From assembly GCA_038142325.1 (NCBI GenBank), contig JAYQJW010000002.1:779328-843327 (forward strand): a stretch of DNA of 64,000 nt. Direction: 5' to 3'. Every line of letters starts with the position of its first letter. Position 1 is the first letter of the stretch. The stretch is from Gammaproteobacteria bacterium (GTDB lineage Bacteria > Pseudomonadota > Gammaproteobacteria > GCA-002705445 > GCA-002716945). Below the pieces are notes generated by a model that was not told the DNA's origin, did no database searches, and saw nothing but the letters and a program-made list of their open reading frames with translations. Below, piece after piece: positions 12,148 to 23,533 of the stretch. Position numbers and translations under genes: made by a program.

Positions 12148-14388
12148 TTATAGGTCGACTAATGAATTATAAGCTCCAACCTTGTGTGCATGGGTTCCCC
12201 CAATATCTATGAGTAGAGCATTATTTGGTTTATCATGAGTTTTTTGTTTAATTTTGATTTTTAATTTTTTGTCATTTTCCATCATGATAAATTCTTCAGA
12301 TTCATTTGAGATTTTGTTTGATGGTAAACTCATATAATTATCTTTGTCATGGGTTTTAAGGATAGATTCACATCTTCTTAGAGTTGGATTACTAGAATTA
12401 GGGTTTCTTATTATTATTTTCTCTAACATTTCGCTAACATTTGTTTTCTTTAAGTTTTTAGTAAAAACATAATTATTATCGATATTTATAGCTGACAGTA
12501 TTTCTTTTAATTCATTATTGATTAATTCTAGATTAGAACGAATATCAAATTTATTGGCTAATGTGAGCAGAATGCTTGTCCCATCTTTACTATCTCCCAG
12601 AGGTTCTAGTACTTTATTAAAACGTTGATGTGTTTTATTAATGTTTATGTAACTACCAGTAGACTCAATTTGAGTTGCTAATGGAAAAACAACATTAGCA
12701 TACTTTTCTATTGCAGGGGTCATATATGACGAGAAAAATATGTTAACTTTTGATTTTTTGAGTTGTTCAATAATCATGTTATCACTAGAAAAATCATACT
12801 CTGGCTCAAGGTTATAAAATATAAGCAATTCATTGTTATTAGTATAGCTATCACGGTCAATACCAGCAGGATTTGAAACTGGGTTACCTCCTGGTAAACG
12901 ATGTGGTACTACACCCATTGCCCAAGCTCCAGCTGTATTAGCTTGATCGCCTAGTAAAGCAATATTCGCATTAGTAGATTTTGCATAATGACTGATGTTA
13001 TTTAATATAATCGAATAATTTGAAAGATAAGATAATGACGGACCAACAATAATAAGATTATTTTGATTTTTATTAATATCAATAGAGGATAATTCTTCAT
13101 TTTCATCATTAAACAGTTGCTCCAGTTCAGCGCTATTAAGTATGTCAGATTTAACTATTGGAAAATTTTCCTTGAATTCATATGTCGCAAACGAATGTAT
13201 TCTTGTGCCTTTGTTATCAAATGCTTCTTTCAAGAAAACGGAAAGTATAGGAAATTCTCTAGTAATATTTGCTCCAAGAATAATGATATTATCCATATCT
13301 TTAATTTGAGAAAGCTTAATATCGAAAGAGGGAATAATGGGATAGTTATCTTGATATCTAAAATCACATTCTTTTGATCTATGGTCAATATTAAATATGT
13401 TGTTTTCTCTTAATATTTTCTGAAAGAGTAACATCTCTTCACAAGTTGACTGGGCAGAAATAAATCCACTAGATTTTATAGAATGTTTTTTAATACTATC
13501 TACAAAAAAATCACAAGCTGATTCAAATTTAGTTGGAACCAATTTGTCATCTTGCCTAAGAAGTGAACCAAGAACTCTATCTTCAGAAATAATACCTTCG
13601 TAACCATAGCGATCATTATCTGACAGCCAAGAAAGATTAACATCATTGTTTTCTTTAGGAATACATCGTTTAATTTTATTTTCATAGGTATGATAGTAAA
13701 TACTAGATCCTAGGCAATCATTAGATGAGACTGAATATGTTTGCTTAAGATCCCATGTACGAGCACTATACTTATATAAGCTATTATTCAATGCTCCAAC
13801 TGGACACAAATCAATTACGTTTCCAGATAACTGTGATGTCATACTTTTATTGATGAAAGTCTCAATTTTAGTATTTTCTCCTCTTCCAGTCATACCAAGT
13901 TCTTTTATACCGGCTACCTCCTCACCAAAACGAACACATCTACTACAATGAATGCATCTTGTCATCTCAGTGGAAATTAAAGCTCCCATATCTTTGTCTA
14001 TAACGGTTCTTTTTAATTCCTTATATGATGATTTATAATCACCATGCTCTAGTGATACATCTTGAAGCTCACATTCACCTGCCTGATCACATATAGGACA
14101 GTCAAGTGGGTGGTTGATGAGTAAGAATTCCATAGTATTTTTTTGTGCATTTATCGTTTCTGAACTTTTGGTGTTGATCTTCATGTCTTGTGCAACTAAA
14201 GTAGAGCATGCAGGCTGAGGATATTTTGCTCCTTCGACTTCAACCAAGCACATTCTGCAGCTTGCTACAACACTCAATCTTTTGTGATAGCAAAATCTAG
14301 GTATATGAATATTATTTCTATCAGCTACCTGAATAATAGTCTCTTTATCATTGGCATCATATTTTTTATTGTTAATGTATATATCCAC
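12148..14388 (-). CDS. nuoG: NADH-quinone oxidoreductase subunit G
   Basis: [32 protein letters not shown] and [11 protein letters not shown] motifs. Confidence 0.97.
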   Translation of the reverse strand: MDIYINNKKYDANDKETIIQVADRNNIHIPRFCYHKRLSVVASCRMCLVEVEGAKYPQPACSTLVAQDMKINTKSSETINAQKNTMEFLLINHPLDCPICDQAGECELQDVSLEHGDYKSSYKELKRTVIDKDMGALISTEMTRCIHCSRCVRFGEEVAGIKELGMTGRGENTKIETFINKSMTSQLSGNVIDLCPVGALNNSLYKYSARTWDLKQTYSVSSNDCLGSSIYYHTYENKIKRCIPKENNDVNLSWLSDNDRYGYEGIISEDRVLGSLLRQDDKLVPTKFESACDFFVDSIKKHSIKSSGFISAQSTCEEMLLFQKILRENNIFNIDHRSKECDFRYQDNYPIIPSFDIKLSQIKDMDNIIILGANITREFPILSVFLKEAFDNKGTRIHSFATYEFKENFPIVKSDILNSAELEQLFNDENEELSSIDINKNQNNLIIVGPSLSYLSNYSIILNNISHYAKSTNANIALLGDQANTAGAWAMGVVPHRLPGGNPVSNPAGIDRDSYTNNNELLIFYNLEPEYDFSSDNMIIEQLKKSKVNIFFSSYMTPAIEKYANVVFPLATQIESTGSYININKTHQRFNKVLEPLGDSKDGTSILLTLANKFDIRSNLELINNELKEILSAINIDNNYVFTKNLKKTNVSEMLEKIIIRNPNSSNPTLRRCESILKTHDKDNYMSLPSNKISNESEEFIMMENDKKLKIKIKQKTHDKPNNALLIDIGGTHAHKVGAYNSLVDL

Positions 14389-14389
14389 T

Positions 14390-15655
14390 TTACATCACCA
14401 TAGATTGTTTCTTATCAACATAATATTCAAACTCAACCCAAAAATTTTTCAAAAAGCTTATTACAGGCATAGCAGCAGCATCACCTAGTGCACATATGCA
14501 GTGTCCTTCAATTTGACTAGCTATTCGATTTAGTAAATCTAAATCAGATTGTGTACCCTCTCCAGCTCTTATTCTCACTAGAGTTTTATACAACCATCCT
14601 GTTCCTTCCCTACAAGGAGTGCATTGTCCGCATGATTCGGCATAATAAAATCTTGATATCCTCTCGAGGACGGACACCATACAAGTAGTCTCATCCATAA
14701 CAATTATACCGCCGGAACCCAGCATGGTTCCTATTTTCTGTAATGGCTCATAATCCATGGGTGTATCAAGAATATCTTCCCCTTTTACAACGGGTACAGA
14801 TGACCCTCCAGGAATTACAGCTTTTAGCTTATGATCATTTAATACGCCATCACATTCATGAAGTAATTTAGAAAATGGTGTTCCTAAGGGTGCTTCTATG
14901 ACTTTAGGTTTATTTAAATGACCGCTCATACAGAACATTTTCACACCAGAGGAACCGCCAGCTCCTAAATTTTTATACCATTCTGCACCATTTTTTATAA
15001 TGTAAGGAACTGTGGCCAGCGTTTCAGTATTATTTATAATTGTAGGTTTTCCATACAAGCCCTCTACGGCAGGAAATGGAGGTTTGATTCTAGGCATACC
15101 TCTTTTACCTTCTATTGATTCGAGCATAGCGGTTTCCTCACCTACAATATAGGCGCCTGCTCCAATAAGCGGGATTAAATCAATAGATACACCTGAGCTA
15201 AGAATATTTTTACCTACCAAACCAGCATTGTATGCATCTTTAATTGCCAAATTAATAACTTTCCACTGATCACCAATGAATTCACCACGCAAATAGTTAT
15301 ATCCAATAGAAGCTCCTATTGCATAACATGTAATTAGCATTCCTTCGATAATTGAGTGAGGATTGTACCTAAGAAGATCTCTATCTTTACATGTTCCTGG
15401 TTCGCTCTCATCTGAATTACAAACAAGATATTTTTGTGTGTTAGCTGGAACAATAAAAGACCATTTTAATCCAGTTAAAAATCCAGCGCCTCCTTTACCT
15501 TTTAATTCAGCATCTTTAATAGTTTTTATGATTTCAGATTTTGAAATCTTGTCATTAATTATTTTCTTCCATGCTGAATAGCCTCCAAGCTTTAGATAGG
15601 TATCTATGCTGGATGGTTGTGATTGATCAAATGTTTCGGTACAAACCTTAATCAT
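14390..15655 (-). CDS. nuoF: NADH-quinone oxidoreductase subunit F
   Basis: GKGGAGF, NSDESEPGTCKDR, GAGAYIVGEET and ESCGQCTPCREG motifs; start placed at ATG 15655. Confidence 0.96.
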   Translation of the reverse strand: MIKVCTETFDQSQPSSIDTYLKLGGYSAWKKIINDKISKSEIIKTIKDAELKGKGGAGFLTGLKWSFIVPANTQKYLVCNSDESEPGTCKDRDLLRYNPHSIIEGMLITCYAIGASIGYNYLRGEFIGDQWKVINLAIKDAYNAGLVGKNILSSGVSIDLIPLIGAGAYIVGEETAMLESIEGKRGMPRIKPPFPAVEGLYGKPTIINNTETLATVPYIIKNGAEWYKNLGAGGSSGVKMFCMSGHLNKPKVIEAPLGTPFSKLLHECDGVLNDHKLKAVIPGGSSVPVVKGEDILDTPMDYEPLQKIGTMLGSGGIIVMDETTCMVSVLERISRFYYAESCGQCTPCREGTGWLYKTLVRIRAGEGTQSDLDLLNRIASQIEGHCICALGDAAAMPVISFLKNFWVEFEYYVDKKQSMVM

Positions 15656-16145
15656 CTTTAATGCCATCTATAATTTTATCAATTTTTTCATAAGTAAGAT
15701 TCTCATAATTAATATGATTTACTTGCATCATCGGAGCTCCATTACATGCCGCAAGACACTCCATCTCATTTTTTAAATAAAATTTATTATCTTTAGTTGA
15801 TTCACCTAATTTAATTTTTAATTTTTTTTCTAAATAATCAACTATATCATCTGATTTTCTTAACATGCATGAAACATTGGTACATACAGAAATAACATTC
15901 TTTCCAACAGGTTTAAGGTTGAACATAGAATAGAAAGTTGCGACTTCATAAACATCAATTTTCTGAACATCTAAATACTTTGCTAACTCTTCAATCAATT
16001 CATCAGTTAGATATCCATTATTATGATGCTGAATAATTAATAAAGATTCTATAATTGGTGACTTTTTTTGAGTTACAGGAAATTTTGATATTACCTGGTT
16101 GATCTCTTCTTGAACCTGATTATCTAAAATATTTTTATTAATCAT
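15648..16145 (-). CDS. nuoE: NADH-quinone oxidoreductase subunit E
   Basis: [15 protein letters not shown] and ECLAAC 2Fe-2S motifs. Confidence 0.96.
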   Translation of the reverse strand: MINKNILDNQVQEEINQVISKFPVTQKKSPIIESLLIIQHHNNGYLTDELIEELAKYLDVQKIDVYEVATFYSMFNLKPVGKNVISVCTNVSCMLRKSDDIVDYLEKKLKIKLGESTKDNKFYLKNEMECLAACNGAPMMQVNHINYENLTYEKIDKIIDGIKDD

Positions 16146-17395
16146 CTATCTATTTCTCCAAACACTATATCCTGTGTTCCAATGATAGTCACAACATCGG
16201 ATAACATGTGGCCTTTGGACATTTCATTTAAAGCAGCAAGATGAGGAAAACCTGGTGCTCTTATTTTTAACCTATAAGGTTTATTAGCACCATCAGAAAT
16301 CATATAGACACCAAATTCTCCCTTTGGTGCTTCAACACATGAATAAGTTTCACCAGCTGGTAAACAATATCCCTCACTAAATAATTTAAAGTGATGTATC
16401 AATGATTCCATGCTGTCTTTCATTTCATCTCTATCTGGTGGAGCAATTTTTGAATTAGAAGATATGAAATCTCCATCATCATTTTTTAACCAATCACAGC
16501 ATTGTTTTATAATTTTCGCAGACTCTCTCATTTCTTGTATTCTCACTAAGTATCTATCATATGTGTCACCTTCAGTACCTATGGGTATATCAAATTTAAG
16601 ATTCTTATAGATTTCATAAGGTTGTTTTTTTCTCAAATCCCATTCAACGCCTGAACCTCTTAGCATAGGTCCAGTGAAGCCAAGATCAATGGCTCTCTCA
16701 GGCGATACAACCCCAATGCCGACTGTTCTCTGCTTCCATATTCTATTTTCTGTTAATAAGTTCTCATATTCATCAACATTTTGTGGAAATCTATCCACGA
16801 AACTATCTATAAAATCAAGAAGAGTGCCTTCTCTGTTGTAATTAAGACTTTTGATTTGGTCAAGATTTTGATTTTTGTTAGTCATGAACTTCGGCATAGT
16901 TTTAGGCAGGTCCTTAGCGACACCTCCCGGTCTATAGTAAGTTGCATGCATTCTAGTACCAGAAACTGCTTCATAACAATCCATTAAATCCTCTCTTTCT
17001 CTGAAAGCATAGAGAAATACAGACATTGCTCCAATATCAAGAGCGTGAGCACCCAACCATAGAAGATGATTTAGAATTCGAGTAATTTCATCAAACATTA
17101 CTCTTATGTATTTAGCTCTTTCAGGTATATCAAGCTTCATGATATCTTCAATTGCAAGAACATAAGCATGTTCATTACACATCATTGAGACATAATCCAG
17201 TCTATCCATATAGCCGATGCTTTGGTTGTACGGTTTTGATTCAGCTAACTTCTCTGTTGCGCGATGCAATAAACCTATATGAGGATCTGCGCTACGAATG
17301 ACCTCGCCGTCCATTTCTAAAATTAATCTCAAAACACCATGAGCAGCTGGATGCTGAGGACCGAAATTCATAGTGAAATTTTTATAATCACTCAT
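16142..17395 (-). CDS. nuoD: NADH-quinone oxidoreductase subunit D (not fused to C)
   Basis: [15 protein letters not shown] motif; C-terminal DIVFGEIDR. Confidence 0.97.
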   Translation of the reverse strand: MSDYKNFTMNFGPQHPAAHGVLRLILEMDGEVIRSADPHIGLLHRATEKLAESKPYNQSIGYMDRLDYVSMMCNEHAYVLAIEDIMKLDIPERAKYIRVMFDEITRILNHLLWLGAHALDIGAMSVFLYAFREREDLMDCYEAVSGTRMHATYYRPGGVAKDLPKTMPKFMTNKNQNLDQIKSLNYNREGTLLDFIDSFVDRFPQNVDEYENLLTENRIWKQRTVGIGVVSPERAIDLGFTGPMLRGSGVEWDLRKKQPYEIYKNLKFDIPIGTEGDTYDRYLVRIQEMRESAKIIKQCCDWLKNDDGDFISSNSKIAPPDRDEMKDSMESLIHHFKLFSEGYCLPAGETYSCVEAPKGEFGVYMISDGANKPYRLKIRAPGFPHLAALNEMSKGHMLSDVVTIIGTQDIVFGEIDR

Positions 17396-18035
17396 CGTTT
17401 TTCCTTATAACTTTTGGAACAAGTGTTCTTGCTTTAATATCAACTGGCTCATTTACTACTTGTTTCTTTTCCGGGTCATATTTAACTTGTGTATATCCCG
17501 TTAATGGGAATTTTTTTCTAAATGGATGGCCTACAAAACCATAATCCGTGAGAATTCTTCTTAAATCATCATGTCCGTCAAAAAGTACACCATAAAGATC
17601 ATAAGCCTCTCTCTCGTACCAATCAGCTGATGCAAATAAATCTGTTACAGACGGTATTATTAGAGAATCTTTCTCTAAAAAACATTTAACTCGTAGTCTT
17701 AGATTTTTATTAAGTGATAACAAATGATATACAACGCACAAATTGTACTCATCTTCATCTGTGTCATCGGCTATATCAATTCTGCTATGTGAAGTTGGAT
17801 TAATTCCTCTATTGTAACCAGTATTTGTAGCTTCTCGTGTTTGCCATTCTGATATACCGTACTCAATATAGTCAACGGCACATAGATCTACAAGCTGAGT
17901 AAATTGTGTATTTATATCTTCTTTAAGAATCTTTAAAACTTTTCTTAAATTTGCGACTGTTACTGTACATGTGATGATATCAAGTTGTTGATAGTCAATA
18001 ACATGCTCTTCTATGAGCTTTTTAATTTCTTGCAT
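17388..18035 (-). CDS. nuoC: NADH-quinone oxidoreductase subunit C
   Basis: [11 protein letters not shown] and [17 protein letters not shown] motifs. Confidence 0.96.
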   Translation of the reverse strand: MQEIKKLIEEHVIDYQQLDIITCTVTVANLRKVLKILKEDINTQFTQLVDLCAVDYIEYGISEWQTREATNTGYNRGINPTSHSRIDIADDTDEDEYNLCVVYHLLSLNKNLRLRVKCFLEKDSLIIPSVTDLFASADWYEREAYDLYGVLFDGHDDLRRILTDYGFVGHPFRKKFPLTGYTQVKYDPEKKQVVNEPVDIKARTLVPKVIRKNDE

Positions 18036-18037
18036 AG

Positions 18038-18517
18038 TTATTTAACTGAAATTCTATTCTTGTTTCTTATTTTGTTTTGAAGTTGAAGTATTCCATACAA
18101 TAATGCTTCAGCCGTTGGCGGGCAACCGGGAACATATACATCTACTGGAACAATTCTATCGCAGCCCCTGACTACAGAATATGAATAATGATAATACCCT
18201 CCGCCATTAGCACATGATCCCATTGATATAACCCATTTAGGATCAGCCATCTGGTCGTAAACTTTTCTTAAAGCAGGAGCCATTTTATTTACTAATGTGC
18301 CTGCAACTATCATTACGTCAGATTGTCTTGGGCTTGGTCTAAAAAGCATTCCAAATCTATCTAAATCATATCGAGACGCGCCTGCATGCATCATCTCGAC
18401 AGCGCAACATGCTAGGCCAAATGTCATTGGCCAAAGTGAACCAGTTCTTGCCCAATCAAAAAGACTATCAGAGTCTGCAAGAACAAAACCATCTCTTTGT
18501 ATATTTTCTAATCCCAC
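18038..18517 (-). CDS. nuoB: NADH-quinone oxidoreductase subunit B
   Basis: [10 protein letters not shown] and VYVPGCPP motifs. Confidence 0.97.
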   Translation of the reverse strand: MGLENIQRDGFVLADSDSLFDWARTGSLWPMTFGLACCAVEMMHAGASRYDLDRFGMLFRPSPRQSDVMIVAGTLVNKMAPALRKVYDQMADPKWVISMGSCANGGGYYHYSYSVVRGCDRIVPVDVYVPGCPPTAEALLYGILQLQNKIRNKNRISVK

Positions 18518-18864
18518 TCAAGAGCTCCTTTTTTCCATTCATAAATAAATCCAATTAAAAGTATGAAAATAAATATACCCATTGCAACATATCCTTCCAT
18601 ACCTATATGATCTAGTACAACTGCCCATGGAAATAGAAATGCTATTTCCAAGTCAAAAATAATAAAAAGAATAGCAACAAGATAAAACCTAACATCAAAT
18701 TTCATGCGAGAGTCATCGAATGGCTCAAATCCACATTCATAAGGGGAGTTCTTCTCGTCGTCAGGATTGCTACCACCGAAAAAAAATCCTGCAGACAACA
18801 TAACGGTTCCAAATAAAATTGCTAATGCCAAAAAAATTAGTATAGGCAGGTATTCATTAATCAT
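18508..18864 (-). CDS. nuoA: NADH-quinone oxidoreductase subunit A
   Basis: PYECGF and [22 protein letters not shown] motifs. Confidence 0.97.
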   Translation of the reverse strand: MINEYLPILIFLALAILFGTVMLSAGFFFGGSNPDDEKNSPYECGFEPFDDSRMKFDVRFYLVAILFIIFDLEIAFLFPWAVVLDHIGMEGYVAMGIFIFILLIGFIYEWKKGALEWD

Positions 18865-18916
18865 GTCTTATTATATCCTATATATAATGAATTACTAATA
18901 TGCATTATATTAATCA

Positions 18917-19489
18917 ATGGACTCAGAAAATACCTTAAATACACTAGAAAAAGTCAGAGATAATATAAATTACCTCCTTTCTGATGGGGTAAAAAATAGA
19001 AAATCAGATTTTAGGACTTTTACGTTATGTACTTCTGGAGATTACCCTTCCGGCAGAACAGTAGTGCTTAGAGGATATAATTCTGATAATGGTATTCTAA
19101 CCTTTCATTCAAATATTCACGCAGAAAAAATTGAGCAATTAAAAACTAATCCAAATGTTTGTTGTGTTTTTTACAGCAAATCAAAAAAAATCCAAATAAG
19201 AATTTTTGGTCATGCATGTATAAATCATGAAAATGGCAGATCATCTCATTCATGGAATAGAATGAGTGACATGTCAAAAGAATGTTACTTTCAAGAACCA
19301 AACCCAGGAACTGTGCTTAGTAATTACGATAAATATGTAACAGAAATTAAAGAGAAGGAGAGTATTGCGTTTAGTGTTATTGATATAGATATTAAAAAAA
19401 TAGATTGGTTATATCTTAAAAGAGAAGGGCACAGAAGAGCAAACTTATTCTTCAGTATTAAAGAAGATGATGTGTGGGTAAGCCCATAG
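18917..19489 (+). CDS. pyridoxamine 5'-phosphate oxidase-like FMN-binding split-barrel protein
   Basis: PSGRTVVLRG, FHSNIHAEK, KIQIRI.G and IDWLYL...GHRR motifs. Confidence 0.8.
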   Translation: MDSENTLNTLEKVRDNINYLLSDGVKNRKSDFRTFTLCTSGDYPSGRTVVLRGYNSDNGILTFHSNIHAEKIEQLKTNPNVCCVFYSKSKKIQIRIFGHACINHENGRSSHSWNRMSDMSKECYFQEPNPGTVLSNYDKYVTEIKEKESIAFSVIDIDIKKIDWLYLKREGHRRANLFFSIKEDDVWVSP

Positions 19490-19493
19490 ATTT

Positions 19494-19575
19494 TGCCGAT
19501 GGCCGGACTCGAACCGGCACGACTCTCGCCACTGCCCCCTCAAGACAGCGTGTCTACCAATTCCACCACATCGGC
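19494..19575 (-). tRNA. tRNA-Leu (GAG), CCA not encoded
   Basis: GCCGATGTGGTGGAATTGGTAGACACGCTGTCTTGAGGGGGCAGTGGCGAGAGTCGTGCCGGTTCGAGTCCGGCCATCGGCA; long variable arm; leuU-like position after secG. Confidence 0.95.
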
Positions 19576-19887
19576 TTATGGTTTATCGAATTTTTCTTGC
19601 TCATCAATTACTTTATCTTCAGTTGGTTCTGTAATTAGACTTTTAGAGCCTTGGCTTTTATTAGATGAGATATAGGCCAGGCTTAAACTAGTTACAAAAA
19701 AGCTAAGAGCAATTGCAGTAGTAAGTTTATTAAGGAAAGTCGCGTTCCCACGTGCCCCAAAAACAGTCGATGATGCGCCAGATCCAAATGCAGCACCTGC
19801 ATCAGCACCTTTACCTTGCTGTATGAGAACTAAAACGATTAGTATCACTGCAAGAATAATATGAATTGTTAGTAGCGCTGTTTGCAT
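19576..19887 (-). CDS. secG: preprotein translocase subunit SecG
   Basis: VLIQQGKGADAGAAFGSGASSTVFG motif. Confidence 0.97.
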   Translation of the reverse strand: MQTALLTIHIILAVILIVLVLIQQGKGADAGAAFGSGASSTVFGARGNATFLNKLTTAIALSFFVTSLSLAYISSNKSQGSKSLITEPTEDKVIDEQEKFDKP

Positions 19888-19899
19888 TGTGTATTTATC

Positions 19900-20658
19900 T
19901 CAGATTGTGGAACAAATATCAATAAATTTTTTAGGCATAAGTGATGCACCACCAATTAAAAGTCCATCCATGTATTGTGTAGTCATCAAAGTGGAAGCAT
20001 TATCAGGAGTTACGCTACCTCCATACAATATTTTGATAGACGAATACTTTTTATTAAATTGATTTATCGTTTCTCTTATGTAATTAAAAATTAATGTCAA
20101 TTCTTCTTGTGTAGGTACCAAGCCGCTGCCTATAGCCCAAACAGGTTCATAAGCAATAATTAAATTATTAGGAGAATTTTTAATTCTATTTCCGTTCTCC
20201 TTAAATAGATGCTTAATTTGATTCTTTAAAATAATTTTAGTTTTTTTATTTTTATATTGATTGAGGGTCTCTCCAATACAATATATTATTTTTATATTTT
20301 TTTCATACAGCCTAGACACCTTATTTGATAATGTAATTTCATCCTCATTCAGGACATGTCTTCTTTCAGAGTGACCGACTAGACAATATTTTATTTTTAA
20401 GTCTTTAAGCATTGAGGAAGATATTTCGCCAGTATATGCTCCATTATTAAATTCTGAAACATTCTGGGAACCAATTTGAACTTTCTTTTTACCAAGCAAT
20501 TCATTTACTTCTGATAAGTATACACTTGGAGGGAAAATTATAATGTCAGCGCTATATTGATTTTTTTGTACTGCGCTCGTTATGCTTTTCGTTAGACTAA
20601 TAGAACTCTTTAGAGTACCGTTTTGCTTCCAGTTACCTGCGATGATTTTCTTTGCCAT
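19900..20658 (-). CDS. tpiA: triosephosphate isomerase
   Basis: AGNWK, GHSERR, AYEPVWAIG, YGGSV and GGASL motifs. Confidence 0.97.
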   Translation of the reverse strand: MAKKIIAGNWKQNGTLKSSISLTKSITSAVQKNQYSADIIIFPPSVYLSEVNELLGKKKVQIGSQNVSEFNNGAYTGEISSSMLKDLKIKYCLVGHSERRHVLNEDEITLSNKVSRLYEKNIKIIYCIGETLNQYKNKKTKIILKNQIKHLFKENGNRIKNSPNNLIIAYEPVWAIGSGLVPTQEELTLIFNYIRETINQFNKKYSSIKILYGGSVTPDNASTLMTTQYMDGLLIGGASLMPKKFIDICSTI

Positions 20659-21987
20659 TATGATAATGTATCAATTACTTTTTTAGCTTCTTGAAGAAGA
20701 TCTTCAGATTCATGTTCTATTAAAATACGTATCATTGATTGTGTTCCAGATTTTCTAACAAGAATTCTACCATCTTTTTGTAAAATTTTTTCTACTTTAG
20801 TAAATTTTGATTTATTATTGTTAATTAATATATCTGGTGATGATGTCTCAACATTAATTAACATAGATGGTACTTTTAAGCTCTTTGGGTATACCTCATA
20901 AATATTTTTATCTATGTCATACAACAGATGTATGAATTTTATCAAGGTAACAAGTGCATCACCAATAGGAATTTGAATAATGTCGTTACGCACTATATGT
21001 CCTGATGATTCAGTACCAATTAAACAATTATTTTTCTTTACAGCCTCAAGAACATTTTTATCGCCAACATCAGTCTCAACAAACTTAATACCATTCAAAC
21101 TAAGATTTTTTCTTATACCGAAATTTGTCATAACTGTTCCAACAACTTTTTTTATATCATTTGAGTATATTGCGAATAAATATAGTAGATCGTCTCCATC
21201 AAGTATTTCCCCTACAGAATTAATAATAACAGCACGATCTCCATCTCCATCAAAGCAAATGCCAAAATCTATAAGAGTGTTCTCATTATTTTTATTATGA
21301 TTAGAGACTATTTCTGATAACTGTTCAGGACAGACAGCACCGCATTTATCATTAATATTTGAACCATTTGGTGAATTATTGAAAATATTGATATTAATAT
21401 TATTTGTAAAATTTATGGTCGATATCACTTCAGACATTGCTCCGTTTGCACAATCAACAGCAATATTTAATTTATGAGAAGATTTTTTTTTAGAATTAAA
21501 TATTTCTGTTATTTTATTTGAATAAATATCTCTGTATGAATCATCTTGAACCATTTGAATGCTTATGTCTGGATTAATGCTAATAGTTTCAGGTATTTTT
21601 TTCAACTTGAAGCTCTTCAGCTTGCGATAATTTTAAGCCATTACCATTAAATATTTTGATACCATTATCCGTATAAGGATTATGAGATGCTGTGATGATT
21701 ATTCCTACGGTATCTCTTTTATCATTCTCAGATAATATAATGGGTATTGAGGGTGTAGGGAAAATACCTAAGTATTTTATTTCATATTGTCTATCAGATA
21801 ATATACCCTCAAGTAGTTTGGTAATAATTTGAAGTGATGATTCTCTGCCGTCCTGACAAATTACTATTCTTTTGATATTTCCGTTGAAAAACTTAGATAA
21901 AGCAAAACCAATTTTTTGTATAAATGAATCATCTAACGGATAATTTCCATACTTACCTCTTATTCCATCTGTTCCGAATAGATTCAT
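20658..21987 (-). CDS. glmM: phosphoglucosamine mutase (frameshift in an A-run near 21600)
   Basis: FGTDGIRG, TASHNP and FDGDGDR motifs across two ORFs; folP-glmM-tpiA order. Confidence 0.93.
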
Positions 21988-22781
21988 AATTCAGATGGTA
22001 TAAGATCAATAAAATTCAATAGCATTTTTGTTTCTTTAACGTCATGTACTCTTAAAATTGAGGCTCCATTTTTAATTGCTATTATTGTTGCAGCAAGTGA
22101 ACCATATAGTCTTTCAGATGCGGGTTTATTTATAACATTTCCAATCATGCTTTTGCGAGAAATACCCGATAAAATTCTGCAGCCTATTTTTGAGAATTTT
22201 GCTAAATTATTTAAGAGTATATAATTATGATTAAGTGTTTTACCAAAACCGAAACCAGGATCGATAATTATTTTTTTTCTAGGAATCTCATAATCTAAAC
22301 ACCTCTTCACTTTTCCCTCTAAATAATGATATATGTCGTCTATAAGGTTGTCATACTTTGGATTATCCTGCATATTTTTTGGTGTACCTTGCATATGCAT
22401 TAGAGAAACATATAGCTGATTCTCTTTTATTACATCATATAAATCTTCATCCTCTAGAGAAGAGATATCATTAACTATATTGATATTATACTTAGTTAGC
22501 TTCTTAATTACCTCAGAGCTTCTAGTATCTATTGATATGGGTATATTAGATATTTCTCGAATAGCTTCGACAACTGGTTCAATTTTTTTTATTTGCAAAG
22601 AGGGGGAAACTGGTTCTGAGCCAGGTTTGGATGATTCAGCGCCAATGTCTATGATATCAGCTCCGTCACTAATCATATTTGATGCGTGTTTAATTGATTT
22701 TTTTAAGTCATTAAACTTTCCACCATCATAAAATGAATTTTCTGTAATATTTAAAACTCCCATTATTTCAATGTTATTCAT
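21984..22781 (-). CDS. folP: dihydropteroate synthase
   Basis: MGVLNITENSFYDGG, DPGFGFGK, SRKS and RVHDV motifs; ATG at 22781 follows AAAGGTG. Confidence 0.95.
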   Translation of the reverse strand: MNNIEIMGVLNITENSFYDGGKFNDLKKSIKHASNMISDGADIIDIGAESSKPGSEPVSPSLQIKKIEPVVEAIREISNIPISIDTRSSEVIKKLTKYNINIVNDISSLEDEDLYDVIKENQLYVSLMHMQGTPKNMQDNPKYDNLIDDIYHYLEGKVKRCLDYEIPRKKIIIDPGFGFGKTLNHNYILLNNLAKFSKIGCRILSGISRKSMIGNVINKPASERLYGSLAATIIAIKNGASILRVHDVKETKMLLNFIDLIPSEL

Positions 22782-23475
22782 TTTCACCTTTAAATTTTTC
22801 TTTATATTTATCTACTCTTTCTTTAAATTTCTTTTGATACCATAAGAATTCATTATCTTTAATTATAAACTCTTGAAACTCTAAATTAGGCGTACACATT
22901 AGTATAACCCCTTGTTGTATTTTTGTATTATGCTGCAAGTTATGAGCAAGCGCATATGCAGATGTTTGAAGAAAGTAATCACTAATCCATTCCCTTTTTT
23001 TCATTTTTTTTGATGACTTAAAATCAATGATAGATTCACAATTATCATACACCCCACATAGATCGGTTGTTCCAGCGTGTGAGTCTGGATAAAATAAGGG
23101 AATTTCACAACCCCAAATTTCGTTTAACTTCTTTTCAAGAGCATGACTAATGATTGTATCAGACATTTTTTTTTCAATATCATCTGAAAATTCAAAATTC
23201 AAAGACTGTTTTCCATGAAGGGCATCCTCTAAGTTCTTATGCATCTTATCGCCCCTTGATGTTGACTCATTTATAATTCGTGTTTCCTCAACTTGTCCCA
23301 CTCTATCCCTCCATGCGTTTAATGAATCAATATCTTTTTGTGCTTTTGTTTTTTCTAGAATAGTAGTTACAGATGGAACTTTGTTTCCATCAAGACTGTA
23401 ATGGCGCGCTCCTGATTTATCAGTAACTCTTTTTAGAGCGCTATAGATGAATCTTTTATTCCAAAGATGTAGCAA
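22774..23475 (-). CDS. PD-(D/E)XK RecB-like exonuclease, phage/MGME1-like
   Basis: VPSVTTIL, RGDKMH, CEIPL, AGTTDL, IIDFKSS and YFLQTSAYA motifs; TTG start. Confidence 0.8.
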   Translation of the reverse strand: MLHLWNKRFIYSALKRVTDKSGARHYSLDGNKVPSVTTILEKTKAQKDIDSLNAWRDRVGQVEETRIINESTSRGDKMHKNLEDALHGKQSLNFEFSDDIEKKMSDTIISHALEKKLNEIWGCEIPLFYPDSHAGTTDLCGVYDNCESIIDFKSSKKMKKREWISDYFLQTSAYALAHNLQHNTKIQQGVILMCTPNLEFQEFIIKDNEFLWYQKKFKERVDKYKEKFKGENE

Positions 23476-23482
23476 ATAATAT

Positions 23483-23520
23483 GTCCATGCTAGTAATAAT
23501 TTTTATATACTAGCACGAAC
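23483..23520 (-). promoter_or_regulatory. 13-bp RNA hairpin overlapping an extended -10 and the exonuclease RBS
   Basis: Minus strand GTTCGTGCTAGTA-(12 nt)-TACTAGCATGGAC with two G-U pairs; TGcTAGTAT at 23515-23507. Confidence 0.55.
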
Positions 23521-23533
23521 TCTTTTTATTGTC

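Noticed and set aside
18865-19493. Active genomic island at tRNA-Leu
   Set aside because: No integrase and no duplicated tRNA 3' end were seen; only one gene is inserted.
19493-19675. 60-aa plus-strand ORF
   Set aside because: It is the antisense shadow of tRNA-Leu and secG.
22774-23475. Exonuclease as Cas4 or part of a CRISPR system or prophage
   Set aside because: Its cysteines are not in the Cas4 Fe-S arrangement, and no repeat-spacer array, cas gene, integrase or structural phage gene is in the window.
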